A stretch of 64,000 nucleotides of DNA from contig WBUL01000001.1 in the NCBI GenBank assembly GCA_008933735.1, positions 90,057 through 154,056 of the forward strand, in the 5' to 3' direction. A program made the translations under genes and the position numbers. This document shows, piece after piece, positions 55,802-64,000 of this stretch; the stretch's first letter is position 1, and every line of letters begins with the position of its first letter. A model generated the notes under the pieces. That model saw only the letters and a program-made list of their open reading frames with translations, did no database searches and was not told the DNA's origin. This stretch comes from Anaerolineae bacterium. Its GTDB lineage: Bacteria > Chloroflexota > Anaerolineae > Aggregatilineales > J027.

Positions 55802-55921
55802 GATTATCCGTGCTATTGCTCGTTATCAGTATAGCGCATCGTGCAAAATTGTCTAGTCTGATGCCGCAGGAATAGTCCTTAAGCACTATAATAAGGGAAG
55901 AAGTGTATTTAGGAAAACCGC

Positions 55922-57193
55922 ATGTCTGATGTCAATTACCCGGATATTCTGGGAGGAATCACACGTGGGCAGCGTGCCAATATAGATTTTGTCCAGTGCG
56001 CCCTCACCACGCGCCCAAATACGATTGCCGCAGGGCAGAATTTTGAAATCCTCTTGTTAATTCAGAATGTGGCCGATATGGATATCGATGTCACAGTTGA
56101 GTTAAAACTCCCTGACCACGACAAAGCCAGCCGGAAAAACATGTTTTTCAGCAAAAGTACCCGGTTGCTGGTCGGACTCAAGCCTGCCGAAGTTGGCTAC
56201 ATGACGCTGCCAGCATCCTGCTCTCCTAAAACTGAACCGGGCAGCTACGTTTTAGGGTTGAACGTCAGCGCTCAGCCGCTCAATAAAAGTGTCCGCTTTC
56301 AACTGATCCGACTCCCCACTGGGGGCGGCAGCTATGATATTAAATCCCTGCCCGAAGCCACAAGCGAACAAATGATGCAGCTTGTCCGTCTGCGCTGGCA
56401 TTTCCAGAGCAAACGTCACCAGATTGCAACCACCTTTGAAATTACCCCTCCCGGCCTGTCCGATCTGGTTGAATTTAAGGCGGGCTGGACAAGTCTGTGG
56501 ACCATGCACGACCATCTGGATGAATACATTCTTGAACCGCGTGTTCGGGCGCATTATGAACTGATGAAACGCGCTTTTACCCCGGAAAGGATCTTTCGGC
56601 CTGTTCTGAACGCCACCCTGAAATATTACAAAGATGCGGGGTACCTGCTTAAAACGGGAGAAGCCGTCTACATTGCGAAAGCCATGACTTACATGTTGTG
56701 CAAACCCCATATCAAACACCCAAATGAGTTAGAGCCGCGCCCTCCCTGGCCCGATTGGTATAAACATCTAGTGCGGGTGCTGTTTCAGGAGGATCGGCTG
56801 CGCGAACATCCGCTTAAAGTCGTGACGGAAATCCTGTATTTTTCTCTGCTCAAGGATGCCATTCTGTTTACCTTTGACATCCTGATCAAAAATATGCAAG
56901 AAGATTTCGGTACCCCGGATGAGCAGCAGCAGTACGCAGATACAATCATCAACCTGTTACGTAATAATGGGGAGATGGAGTTCGGCAAGGTCTATCTGCC
57001 TTTAATTGTCGGCGGCCTTTTCTTGAACCGTGACATCACAGTGCAGGGAGAAGACGTTCGTAACACCCTCTTTGACATCGAGAATGCCGTCAAAGCGCGT
57101 GCATCCGAAAAAACATCGGACAACGAATTCGTCTTTGAGATGTTCAGCAAGGCGCTGGATAAGATGCTGGAAGACTTTCGATGGATTCCATGA
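55922..57193 (+). CDS. Hypothetical protein, 423 aa
   Basis: It is a long ORF with no competing frame. The N-terminal ~130 aa look beta-rich and the remainder helical. No motif is recognised. Confidence 0.5.
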   Translation: MSDVNYPDILGGITRGQRANIDFVQCALTTRPNTIAAGQNFEILLLIQNVADMDIDVTVELKLPDHDKASRKNMFFSKSTRLLVGLKPAEVGYMTLPASCSPKTEPGSYVLGLNVSAQPLNKSVRFQLIRLPTGGGSYDIKSLPEATSEQMMQLVRLRWHFQSKRHQIATTFEITPPGLSDLVEFKAGWTSLWTMHDHLDEYILEPRVRAHYELMKRAFTPERIFRPVLNATLKYYKDAGYLLKTGEAVYIAKAMTYMLCKPHIKHPNELEPRPPWPDWYKHLVRVLFQEDRLREHPLKVVTEILYFSLLKDAILFTFDILIKNMQEDFGTPDEQQQYADTIINLLRNNGEMEFGKVYLPLIVGGLFLNRDITVQGEDVRNTLFDIENAVKARASEKTSDNEFVFEMFSKALDKMLEDFRWIP

Positions 57194-57284
57194 AGATTTT
57201 CTATCACAAAGTTAATGTCGCTGCCGACGAAAATCTAATATATTCATCATAGAATCAAGCTAGAGATCTTGTGGATTCAGGTAG

Positions 57285-59774
57285 ATGATGAGATTCGAGC
57301 GATTTACTGAACGGGCGCAGGATGCAGCCGCCCGCGCATATGAAATTCTGCAACGCTACGGCCATAATCAGGTAGACACAGAACATATCCTGCTGGCCCT
57401 GATCGAGCAGCCTGATGGGGTTGTGAGCCAGATTCTGGAAAAAATCAGCGTTAACGTAGATACTCTGCGCTATAAAATTGAAGAACTGCTTCGCAGCACC
57501 CCAAGGTCAGCCGTCTATGACAGCGCGGGAACCGGTCAGGTGTTTATTACGCCGCGGGTCAAACGGATTATTGACCTCGCCAACGAAGAAGCGAATCGTC
57601 TGCGCGACGAGTACATTTCCACCGAGCATATTTTCCTTGCCATCTTAAGTGAACGACGCACCGCTATTGCGCGTATTCTGACGGAAGGCGGGGTCACTCG
57701 TGAACGTGTCGAGGCCACGATCAAGGATATTCGCGGAGGGCAGCGGGTCACTGACCCGATGGCGGAAAGCCGTTACCGGATGCTGGAAAAATACTCCCGC
57801 GATTTAACCCAGCTTGCCCGCGCCGGAAAACTTGATCCCGTCATCGGGCGCGACGAAGAAATTCTGCGTGTGATTCAAATACTCTCCCGCCGTACCAAAA
57901 ACAACCCGGTACTGATTGGAGAAGCGGGGGTCGGAAAAACTGCGATTGTCGAAGGGTTGGCACAAAAAATCGCTAACGGTGATGTGCCAGAAATCCTGAT
58001 CGGCAAATCAGTGGTCAGCCTTGACCTGGGCGGAATGGTTGCAGGCAGTCGTTTCCGGGGTGAATTCGAGGAACGTCTCAAAGCAACGATAGAGGAAATT
58101 CAGCGCAGCGCAGGCGAAATCATCCTGTTCATTGATGAACTGCATCAGGTCGTTGGTGCTGGGGCAGCATCAGGAGCGCTGGATGCCAGCAATATGATGA
58201 AACCCGCCCTGGCACGCGGCGAACTGAACTGTGTCGGTGCGACCACCCTGGATGAATACCGCGAATACATTGAAAAAGACTCGGCACTGGATCGGCGTTT
58301 TGCGCCAGTGTTTGTCGATGAGCCCAGTGTCGAAGAAACAATCGAGATGTTAAAAGGTCTGCGTGATCGCTATGAGGCACATCACAAAGTCACTTTCAGC
58401 GAGCAGGCCCTTATTGCCGCCGCTAAACTGAGCCATCGGTACATTCCTGACCGTCAACTGCCGGATAAAGCCATCGACCTGATAGACGAAGCCGCCGCTA
58501 AACTGCGTGTCGCTCTTTATTCTATGCCGGATGATCTGAAGCAGTTGAAGCGCGAAATCGAACGACTGACCATTGAAATGGAACACGCGGGTTTGAGCCA
58601 GGATTACGAGCGTGCAGCGAACTTAAAAATGCACCTCGCCCGCCTGGAGGATGAGTACGAACAGCAGCGGGAACACTGGCAGCAGGAAAACACCCTCGAT
58701 GAGGTAGTCGACGAAAACGACATCGGTGAAGTGGTGGCCCAGTGGACAGGTATTCCCATGACCCAACTTATGGAAGACGAAGCCGAGCGCCTTCTCAGGA
58801 TGGAAGACATTCTCAAACAACGGATCATTGGGCAGGACGAAGCGATTGAAGTGCTGTCCGACGCGATACGCCGCGCTCGTTCCGGCCTCAAAGACCCGCG
58901 CCGCCCGATTGGATCGTTTATCTTCCTGGGCAGCAGTGGTGTTGGAAAAACCGAACTGGCAAAGGCACTGGCGGAATTCATGTTTGATGATGACGAAGCA
59001 CTGGTTCGTATTGACATGAGCGAATACCGCGAACAACATACCGTCAGCCGTTTGTTTGGGGCACCGCCGGGATACGTGGGTTATGAACAGGGTGGCCAAC
59101 TGACAGAAGCCATTCGCCGCCGTCCGTATCGTGTCATTCTGTTCGACGAAATTGAAAAGGCACACCCTGAGGTGTGGAATGCCCTGCTGCAAATTCTTGA
59201 TGAAGGTAAACTCACGGATGGTCAGGGACGAACGGTAGACTTCCGCAACACGGTCATCATCATGACCAGCAACCTCGGCACAGAATTCGCCAAGAAGGGC
59301 GGCGCACTCGGCTTTGTGGACAGCGATAACTACGATGCGGTCGCCGACCATCGCAAAATTGAAGAGGCCATGCGGCGCACCTTCCGGCCAGAATTCTTGA
59401 ATCGCATTGATGAAATCATCATCTTCAATTCGCTTTCACTGGATGCTGTGCGCCGGATTGTGGACTTGCAGATGCACTCGATTGCCGAGCAACTCGGGGA
59501 GCAGGGGTTAGTGGTTGAACTCACCGACTCCGCCCGCGACTGGCTGGCAAAAGAAGGCTATGACCGTGAATTTGGGGCTCGTCCCCTGCGTCGTGCCTTG
59601 CAGCGCTATGTAGAAAGCCCGCTCAGTGTCAAACTGCTTAAAAAGGAGTTTGTGCGTGGAGATGTGGTGGCGGTTGAAGCTGACGAAAACGGTATCTTCT
59701 TCACGAAGCGGGAAGGTGGCAGCTACTACATTCCAGTTGAGGATGAAGGCGAAGTCAACACCAGCAGTGAGTAA
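57285..59774 (+). CDS. clpC: ATP-dependent Clp protease ATP-binding subunit ClpC (Clp/Hsp100 class I AAA+)
   Basis: It has a double Clp_N repeat ([14 protein letters not shown]..., [16 protein letters not shown]) and two Walker A motifs ([18 protein letters not shown]). The middle region is short and UVR-like ([16 protein letters not shown]), unlike the long ClpB M-domain. Confidence 0.85.
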   Translation: MMRFERFTERAQDAAARAYEILQRYGHNQVDTEHILLALIEQPDGVVSQILEKISVNVDTLRYKIEELLRSTPRSAVYDSAGTGQVFITPRVKRIIDLANEEANRLRDEYISTEHIFLAILSERRTAIARILTEGGVTRERVEATIKDIRGGQRVTDPMAESRYRMLEKYSRDLTQLARAGKLDPVIGRDEEILRVIQILSRRTKNNPVLIGEAGVGKTAIVEGLAQKIANGDVPEILIGKSVVSLDLGGMVAGSRFRGEFEERLKATIEEIQRSAGEIILFIDELHQVVGAGAASGALDASNMMKPALARGELNCVGATTLDEYREYIEKDSALDRRFAPVFVDEPSVEETIEMLKGLRDRYEAHHKVTFSEQALIAAAKLSHRYIPDRQLPDKAIDLIDEAAAKLRVALYSMPDDLKQLKREIERLTIEMEHAGLSQDYERAANLKMHLARLEDEYEQQREHWQQENTLDEVVDENDIGEVVAQWTGIPMTQLMEDEAERLLRMEDILKQRIIGQDEAIEVLSDAIRRARSGLKDPRRPIGSFIFLGSSGVGKTELAKALAEFMFDDDEALVRIDMSEYREQHTVSRLFGAPPGYVGYEQGGQLTEAIRRRPYRVILFDEIEKAHPEVWNALLQILDEGKLTDGQGRTVDFRNTVIIMTSNLGTEFAKKGGALGFVDSDNYDAVADHRKIEEAMRRTFRPEFLNRIDEIIIFNSLSLDAVRRIVDLQMHSIAEQLGEQGLVVELTDSARDWLAKEGYDREFGARPLRRALQRYVESPLSVKLLKKEFVRGDVVAVEADENGIFFTKREGGSYYIPVEDEGEVNTSSE

Positions 59775-59782
59775 AAATCATC

Positions 59783-59810
59783 AGGGCAGGCCGAAGAAGC
59801 CTGCCTTTTC
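59783..59810 (+). terminator. Rho-independent terminator after clpC
   Basis: A 7-bp stem (ggcaggc / gcctgcc) with a 7-nt loop is followed by TTTT. It abuts the stop codon of the convergent DUF92 gene. Confidence 0.65.
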
Positions 59811-60608
59811 CTATAACACTAATGTTACCAGCACTGCGCCCACCCCGCCTCCACACAACGCCGCGCTAAAGTTCACCACATCGTTGTTAATCCAGCGAAA
59901 GCCCTTCCGGTGTTCCGCCGGAGCACCGTTTTGACAGATGGACTTCTCAGTTAATTTCTGCTGATCATCGCACCAGTACAGTGCCTGCACCGTTGCTCCT
60001 AAAACAGAGTCACATAAACTCCCCATGAGTCCGGCCAGCGTGACCAGTACCAACAAGGTGAAAAAGTCAAAAGAAAACGGATCCAGCAGGCCGCCAACAG
60101 CCCCGATGAACCCCGCACCGATTAACGAGGCCAGCGTACCGGAAACAGTCACTGCACCGGATGTTCCAGGTTCAACTTTTCTGAAATCCGTAATTAGCCG
60201 GGGAATTTGACGGCTCATGGTACCAATTTCGGTAGCCCAGGTATCCGCATTCATCGTGGCGAACGAAGCCAGATACGGCAGCCAGAGGTGTTTTTCTTCA
60301 ATCAGGAGGTACAGCACCGCTAGAAAGGTTCCGACGCCCCCGTTTGCCAATACCTGCCAGAGGTCGCGCTGTTCACCTTTGTCAAACTGCTCCCGCGCCC
60401 TGGATTTTCGCTGCTCGCCGATGCGGCTGAACGCCGATGACGAAACAAAAAACGCAATCAATACCAGCCCCCAGCCCCAGCCAGCGGTAACGGTGAATGT
60501 TCCCATTACCACTGCCCCCGCCGCGCCATCCCCAGTCAGGAGGCGCTGTTGATAGGCCAGCCAGGCAATCAAACTACTCAGGCACAGACCGAGGAAGAAC
60601 TGCGGCAA
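59811..60608 (-). CDS. DUF92 (TMEM19/VTE6-like) integral membrane protein
   Basis: The family-like motif is SSSAFSRIGEQRKSRAREQFDKGEQRDLWQVLANGGVG, and it has multiple TM segments. The TTG start directly abuts the FHA gene stop. Confidence 0.65.
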   Translation of the reverse strand: MPQFFLGLCLSSLIAWLAYQQRLLTGDGAAGAVVMGTFTVTAGWGWGLVLIAFFVSSSAFSRIGEQRKSRAREQFDKGEQRDLWQVLANGGVGTFLAVLYLLIEEKHLWLPYLASFATMNADTWATEIGTMSRQIPRLITDFRKVEPGTSGAVTVSGTLASLIGAGFIGAVGGLLDPFSFDFFTLLVLVTLAGLMGSLCDSVLGATVQALYWCDDQQKLTEKSICQNGAPAEHRKGFRWINNDVVNFSAALCGGGVGAVLVTLVL

Positions 60609-61298
60609 TCAGGCTTTGCCCATACGGAACAGCAGTTTCGTCTGCCCCATCGTCAGAACATGTCCATCCACAAGCTGCTGGGTGGTAGTCAGCGGAGTTT
60701 CGTTGAGCAGGGTACCGTTGGAACTACCAAGATCGGTGACGTACCAGAGGCCGTCGAGTTTTTCGATTTTTGCATGAGGACGTGACACTGACGGGTCCTG
60801 CAATCCGATTTCCCACGTAGCGGTCGCCGTCGCACGCCCAATTCGCACCACATCCTGCGGCAGCGGGATTTCGTAACCTTCCTGTGGGCCTGTTGTGATA
60901 ATCAAACGAGGACGCTGCGATTGGTCGGGCGGCATAATAAATGTTCCGGTCGCCCGCGCGGTCGCCTCATCTTCTTCCGTCACCACGGCAGAAAAATTAA
61001 TCACTGGCACATAAAGGCGTATCACATCACCATCTGCCAAAGGAAAAGGTTCAGTAATCCGCTGGTCATTGACAAAAGTCCCGTTGGCACTGCCCAGGTC
61101 GGAAATCATGAACACGCCATACTGATAGCTAATGACAGAGTGCTGGCGCGATACATGCTGCTCACGAATGCAAATTTCATTGTTCTGACTGCGCCCAATG
61201 GTGATCGTTGAGCCTTCTGTCAGAACAAAGTGTTTGCGGACACCTGTTTCCGGGTCAGTCCATGAAACTTTTGCTAAACCTCTAGGTTCATCACTCAT
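60609..61298 (-). CDS. Protein with two FHA domains
   Basis: The two FHA cores are TIGRSQNNEICIREQHVSRQHSVI...ISDLGSANGTFVN and VRIGRA...DPSVSRPHAKIE...VTDLGSSNGTLLN. I chose the ATG at 61298, which has AGAGG upstream. Confidence 0.85.
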   Translation of the reverse strand: MSDEPRGLAKVSWTDPETGVRKHFVLTEGSTITIGRSQNNEICIREQHVSRQHSVISYQYGVFMISDLGSANGTFVNDQRITEPFPLADGDVIRLYVPVINFSAVVTEEDEATARATGTFIMPPDQSQRPRLIITTGPQEGYEIPLPQDVVRIGRATATATWEIGLQDPSVSRPHAKIEKLDGLWYVTDLGSSNGTLLNETPLTTTQQLVDGHVLTMGQTKLLFRMGKA

Positions 61299-61426
61299 CC
61301 CAACAAAACCTCTTTGGCAAAATCGCTGTTCCGCAGAATTAACTGTCCAAGTATAACATTGTGGCCTAAACAATTCTATCCAGTAGGGCTATAATAGGAT
61401 GGTTCAAACAGATGTTCAGGTAAGCC

Positions 61427-62530
61427 ATGCACCATATTGTCTATCCCTTCACAGCTATCGTCGGTCAGGAAAACATGAGACGCGCCCTGATTTTGAATGC
61501 CATCAATCCGGCGATTGGTGGTGTACTGCTCCGGGGCGAAAAAGGCACCGCCAAATCAACTGCCGCCCGTGCACTTGCAGCCCTTCTCCCGGAAATGGAA
61601 GTGATTGCCGATTCACCGTTTAATGACAATCCGCGCACGCCGTCTCAGTGGTCGGATTATGTGCGTGAAAAATACGGGGCTAACGGTAAAGTCCAGGTCG
61701 ATATTCGCCGCACCCCGTTTATTAACCTGCCCGTGAGTGCCACCGAAGACCGGGTTGTCGGCACACTGGATATTGAAAAAGCGCTTAAAAAGGGTGAGAA
61801 GCACTTTGAACCGGGTATCTTAGCCGCCGCCAATCGTGGCATCCTGTACGTTGATGAAGTTAATCTGCTGGATGATCACATCGTTGACCTGCTGCTGGAC
61901 TCGGCTGCGATGGGCATAAATATTGTGGAGCGTGAAGGCATCAGCTTCCAGCACCCAGCAAAATTTATCCTGGTTGGCACGATGAATCCCGAAGAAGGGG
62001 AACTTCGTCCCCAGCTTTTAGACCGCTTCGCTCATTCGGTGGAAATCAAGGGTATCAACGACGTACAGGAACGGATTCATATCCTTGAACGCCGCATCAT
62101 ATTTGACCAGGACCCTATTGGATTTTACGAAGCATGGCGTGACAAGGAAGAAGAACTGTCACATCAGATCACCGAAGCACAGGGCATTCTGGACAATGTG
62201 GTTTATACACAGCGCGAACTGTATATGATTGCCAATCTGACCGCGAGTTTGAAAGTCGATGGACACCGCGCTGACCTGGTCATTCTGAAAACCGCCCGCG
62301 CCAACGCTGCTTTTGAGGGCCGCACCCGAATCAATGACCACGACATTCTGATCGCTGCCCAGTTGGCACTGCCACACCGTATGAAGCGTAATCCCTTTTC
62401 TGATGCCAGCCTGGACACGGGTGAAGTGGAAGGCCGCCTGGAGGAGATTTCTTCGGATTGGCAGGGTGGCGAAGAAGCAGAAACCTCGGAAACTGGCGAA
62501 TCAGCGGTCAAAAAAAAAGTCAATCGGTAG
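61427..62530 (+). CDS. Mg-chelatase subunit I-type AAA+ ATPase (ChlI/BchI family)
   Basis: It begins [23 protein letters not shown]. Walker A is GEKGTAKS and Walker B is [14 protein letters not shown], followed by [18 protein letters not shown]. The C-terminal tail is acidic. Confidence 0.85.
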   Translation: MHHIVYPFTAIVGQENMRRALILNAINPAIGGVLLRGEKGTAKSTAARALAALLPEMEVIADSPFNDNPRTPSQWSDYVREKYGANGKVQVDIRRTPFINLPVSATEDRVVGTLDIEKALKKGEKHFEPGILAAANRGILYVDEVNLLDDHIVDLLLDSAAMGINIVEREGISFQHPAKFILVGTMNPEEGELRPQLLDRFAHSVEIKGINDVQERIHILERRIIFDQDPIGFYEAWRDKEEELSHQITEAQGILDNVVYTQRELYMIANLTASLKVDGHRADLVILKTARANAAFEGRTRINDHDILIAAQLALPHRMKRNPFSDASLDTGEVEGRLEEISSDWQGGEEAETSETGESAVKKKVNR

Positions 62531-63471
62531 CCACGGAAGCCGGTGAAGATGTTCAGGACTTCGGGCATACTGACCCTGCCCCGCAGAATGTCTTTGATAA
62601 CCGCGATGCCTACTGGTGGGAGGGCGGTAAAAAGGTCAAATCGGGCCAGGAATTTACCGCCCGCCAACTGGATACTCCGCTTGACCGCCTGACCAAAACT
62701 AATAAATCAGGTCGCCGCACCAATACAATCACCGAACGGAAACGCGGACACTACATCCGTTCCCGACCAGCCAGCGGCGACTACAGTGATGTCGCGCTTG
62801 ATGCCACGATTCGTGCCGCTGCCCCGTACCAGACTCAGCGTGACAAAGGCGACATGGCCTATGCGATTGAAACCGAGGATATCCAGAAGAAAATTCGCGT
62901 CAAAAAAGCCGCCAATCTGATTTTATTCGTGGTAGATGCGAGTTGGAGCATGGCTGTTGCGGAACGTATGAGCGCGACCAAAGGGGCGATTCTGTCTCTG
63001 CTGACCGATGCTTACCAGCGCCGCGACCGTGTTGGCTTGATCGTTTTCCAGAAAGATCGCGCTACTCTGATTTTATCCCCAACGAACTCGGTCACGATGG
63101 CAAAACAGGCGCTGTCAGATATTCCGGTGGGTGGAAAAACCCCCCTCTCCGCCGGACTGCAAATGGCACGCGAAATCTTCCGGCGGGAGACAATTTCTCA
63201 CCCTGATGTCATGCCGCTGATGATTCTGCTCACCGATGGCGCAGGGAATGTCTCCATGTCCGATGTGCCGCCGCAGGAAGAAGCCCATTACATCGCGGAA
63301 CAAATGAAAGAAGAAAGCATCCGCTCAGTCATCATCAACATGGAACACACCGCCTTTGACCAGGGACTGGCGCAAAAACTGGCTGATGCCCTCGGCGGGC
63401 CGTGTTATTCTGTGGCGGAACTTAAAGCCGAAATTCTGTATCAGACGGTACAGGCAGAATTAAACAAATGA
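62458..63471 (+). CDS. VWA-domain protein equivalent to the C-terminal half of Mg-chelatase subunit D
   Basis: It reads RGHYIRSRP...DVALDATIRAAAPYQ, then the VWA/MIDAS motif FVVDASWSM and LILLTDGAGN. The only in-frame start is the TTG at 62458, with GGAGGAG 11 nt upstream, and it overlaps the ChlI-like ORF by 73 nt. Confidence 0.8.
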   Translation: MAGWRRSRNLGNWRISGQKKSQSVATEAGEDVQDFGHTDPAPQNVFDNRDAYWWEGGKKVKSGQEFTARQLDTPLDRLTKTNKSGRRTNTITERKRGHYIRSRPASGDYSDVALDATIRAAAPYQTQRDKGDMAYAIETEDIQKKIRVKKAANLILFVVDASWSMAVAERMSATKGAILSLLTDAYQRRDRVGLIVFQKDRATLILSPTNSVTMAKQALSDIPVGGKTPLSAGLQMAREIFRRETISHPDVMPLMILLTDGAGNVSMSDVPPQEEAHYIAEQMKEESIRSVIINMEHTAFDQGLAQKLADALGGPCYSVAELKAEILYQTVQAELNK

Positions 63472-63474
63472 GCG

Positions 63475-63509
63475 GCGAGAAGGGCAGGTCACTGATCTGC
63501 CCTTCTCGC
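63475..63509. other. 13-bp perfect hairpin (gcgagaagggcag / ctgcccttctcgc) with a 9-nt loop, between convergent genes
   Basis: Read directly from the sequence. The stop codon of the minus-strand PD40 gene lies in the loop. On the minus strand a T-rich tract follows (catttgttt). It is a likely terminator. Confidence 0.5.
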
Positions 63510-64000
63510 AAAAACAAATAACACCAGACATCCGGCACACCAACTTACCCACCTTCGCCACATCAGTTCCATTGGCGGCGACCAGACAGGGTATTTATCA
63601 TAAAATCCGTCCGTAAGCTGAGTCAGCCCTGTTCCATCAGGCCGAATCTTAAAAATCCCTGCCTTAACCTCTGAAGTGAACACAATCCATTCTCCGTCAG
63701 GAGACCAATCAGGGGTTTGAATCAGCGAATACGGGCCTATTTGCCGTTTTGTAAAAGCCGCTTTGCTGGCTGCAAACCAGTGATCCGAAGGCAGAAGGGT
63801 CTGTATATCCGCTCCGTCAGGACGCATCAAAAAAGCGTTGTAATGAATACCGTCTTCCGCCATGAACAACAACCACTCCCCATCCGGCGACCAGGATGGC
63901 GCGGCAGCATAATACGATTTTTCGACCAGTGTTTGTAAATCCGCCCCGGACGGGCGCATCCGGTAGATTTTTTCGTAATCAGAAAAGGCAATCCACTCCC
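63489..64000 (-). CDS. PD40/TolB-like repeat protein, C-terminal part (5' end lies outside the window)
   Basis: The PD40 units are SWSPDGEWLLFMAEDG and TPDWSPDGEWIVFTSEVKAGIFKIRPDG. The frame stays open to the window edge (EWIAFSDYEKIYRMRPSG), so the track's Met start at 63959 is internal. Confidence 0.75.
   Translation of the reverse strand, partial: EWIAFSDYEKIYRMRPSGADLQTLVEKSYYAAAPSWSPDGEWLLFMAEDGIHYNAFLMRPDGADIQTLLPSDHWFAASKAAFTKRQIGPYSLIQTPDWSPDGEWIVFTSEVKAGIFKIRPDGTGLTQLTDGFYDKYPVWSPPMELMWRRWVSWCAGCLVLFVFARRADQ

Noticed and set aside
57194-57284. Heat-shock operators (CtsR box, CIRCE) upstream of clpC.
   Set aside because: I looked for GGTCAAA direct repeats and for TTAGCACTC-N9-GAGTGCTAA. 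Neither is present.
31918-63471. Possible (bacterio)chlorophyll or phototrophy island. The candidates were the PucC-type MFS gene, the DUF92/VTE6-like gene and the ChlI/ChlD-like pair.
   Set aside because: The genes are scattered among unrelated housekeeping genes. No bchH/chlH, bchL/N/B, reaction-centre or other pigment genes are present. All three families also occur in non-phototrophs.
1-64000. tRNA, rRNA, CRISPR arrays, IS elements, integrases and prophage genes.
   Set aside because: All intergenic gaps are 240 nt or shorter, and none shows a cloverleaf-like or repeat-spacer structure. No ORF shows transposase, integrase or phage structural motifs.

Overview
This is a dense, almost entirely protein-coding 64-kb chromosomal segment with about 55 genes on both strands. 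I found no rRNA, tRNA, CRISPR array, transposase or integrase. Many gene junctions are tight or overlapping, and many starts are TTG or GTG. The gene content points to a filamentous Chloroflexota-type (Anaerolineae-like) genome, but this is inference only. That content includes three tandem Ser/Thr kinases (two with TPR tails), a double-FHA protein, a 2,939-aa multi-GAF histidine kinase, and PD40/TolB-like proteins with Thr/Pro-rich linkers. Recognisable housekeeping genes are rimO (partial), fabI, xseA/xseB, a chorismate mutase-DAHP synthase fusion, proS, murJ, phhA, a folK-like gene, thiamine pyrophosphokinase, clpC and a ChlI/ChlD-like AAA+/VWA pair. The most interesting items are: (1) a TIR-macro domain fusion protein sitting 7 nt upstream of a B12-binding radical SAM gene, a candidate NAD-derived-signal conflict or defence module; (2) a tightly coupled operon of a response regulator with a degenerate GGDEF domain, a 13-GAF/3-PAS histidine kinase, a CheY-like protein and an alpha/beta-hydrolase whose nucleophile Ser is replaced by Gly; this operon lies just downstream of a DUF4388/small-GTPase/intact-hydrolase-paralog/hexapeptide-repeat operon that resembles a conservon; (3) an A9 run in the 73-nt overlap between the ChlI-like and VWA ORFs, where a -1 shift would fuse them into a ChlD-like protein; (4) a tandem pair of small paralogous helical proteins next to an ArsA/Get3-ABC1 kinase pair; (5) a 61-nt perfectly identical tract shared by two otherwise diverged kinase paralogs. 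All functional calls come from motif recognition by eye, and none has been verified by search.
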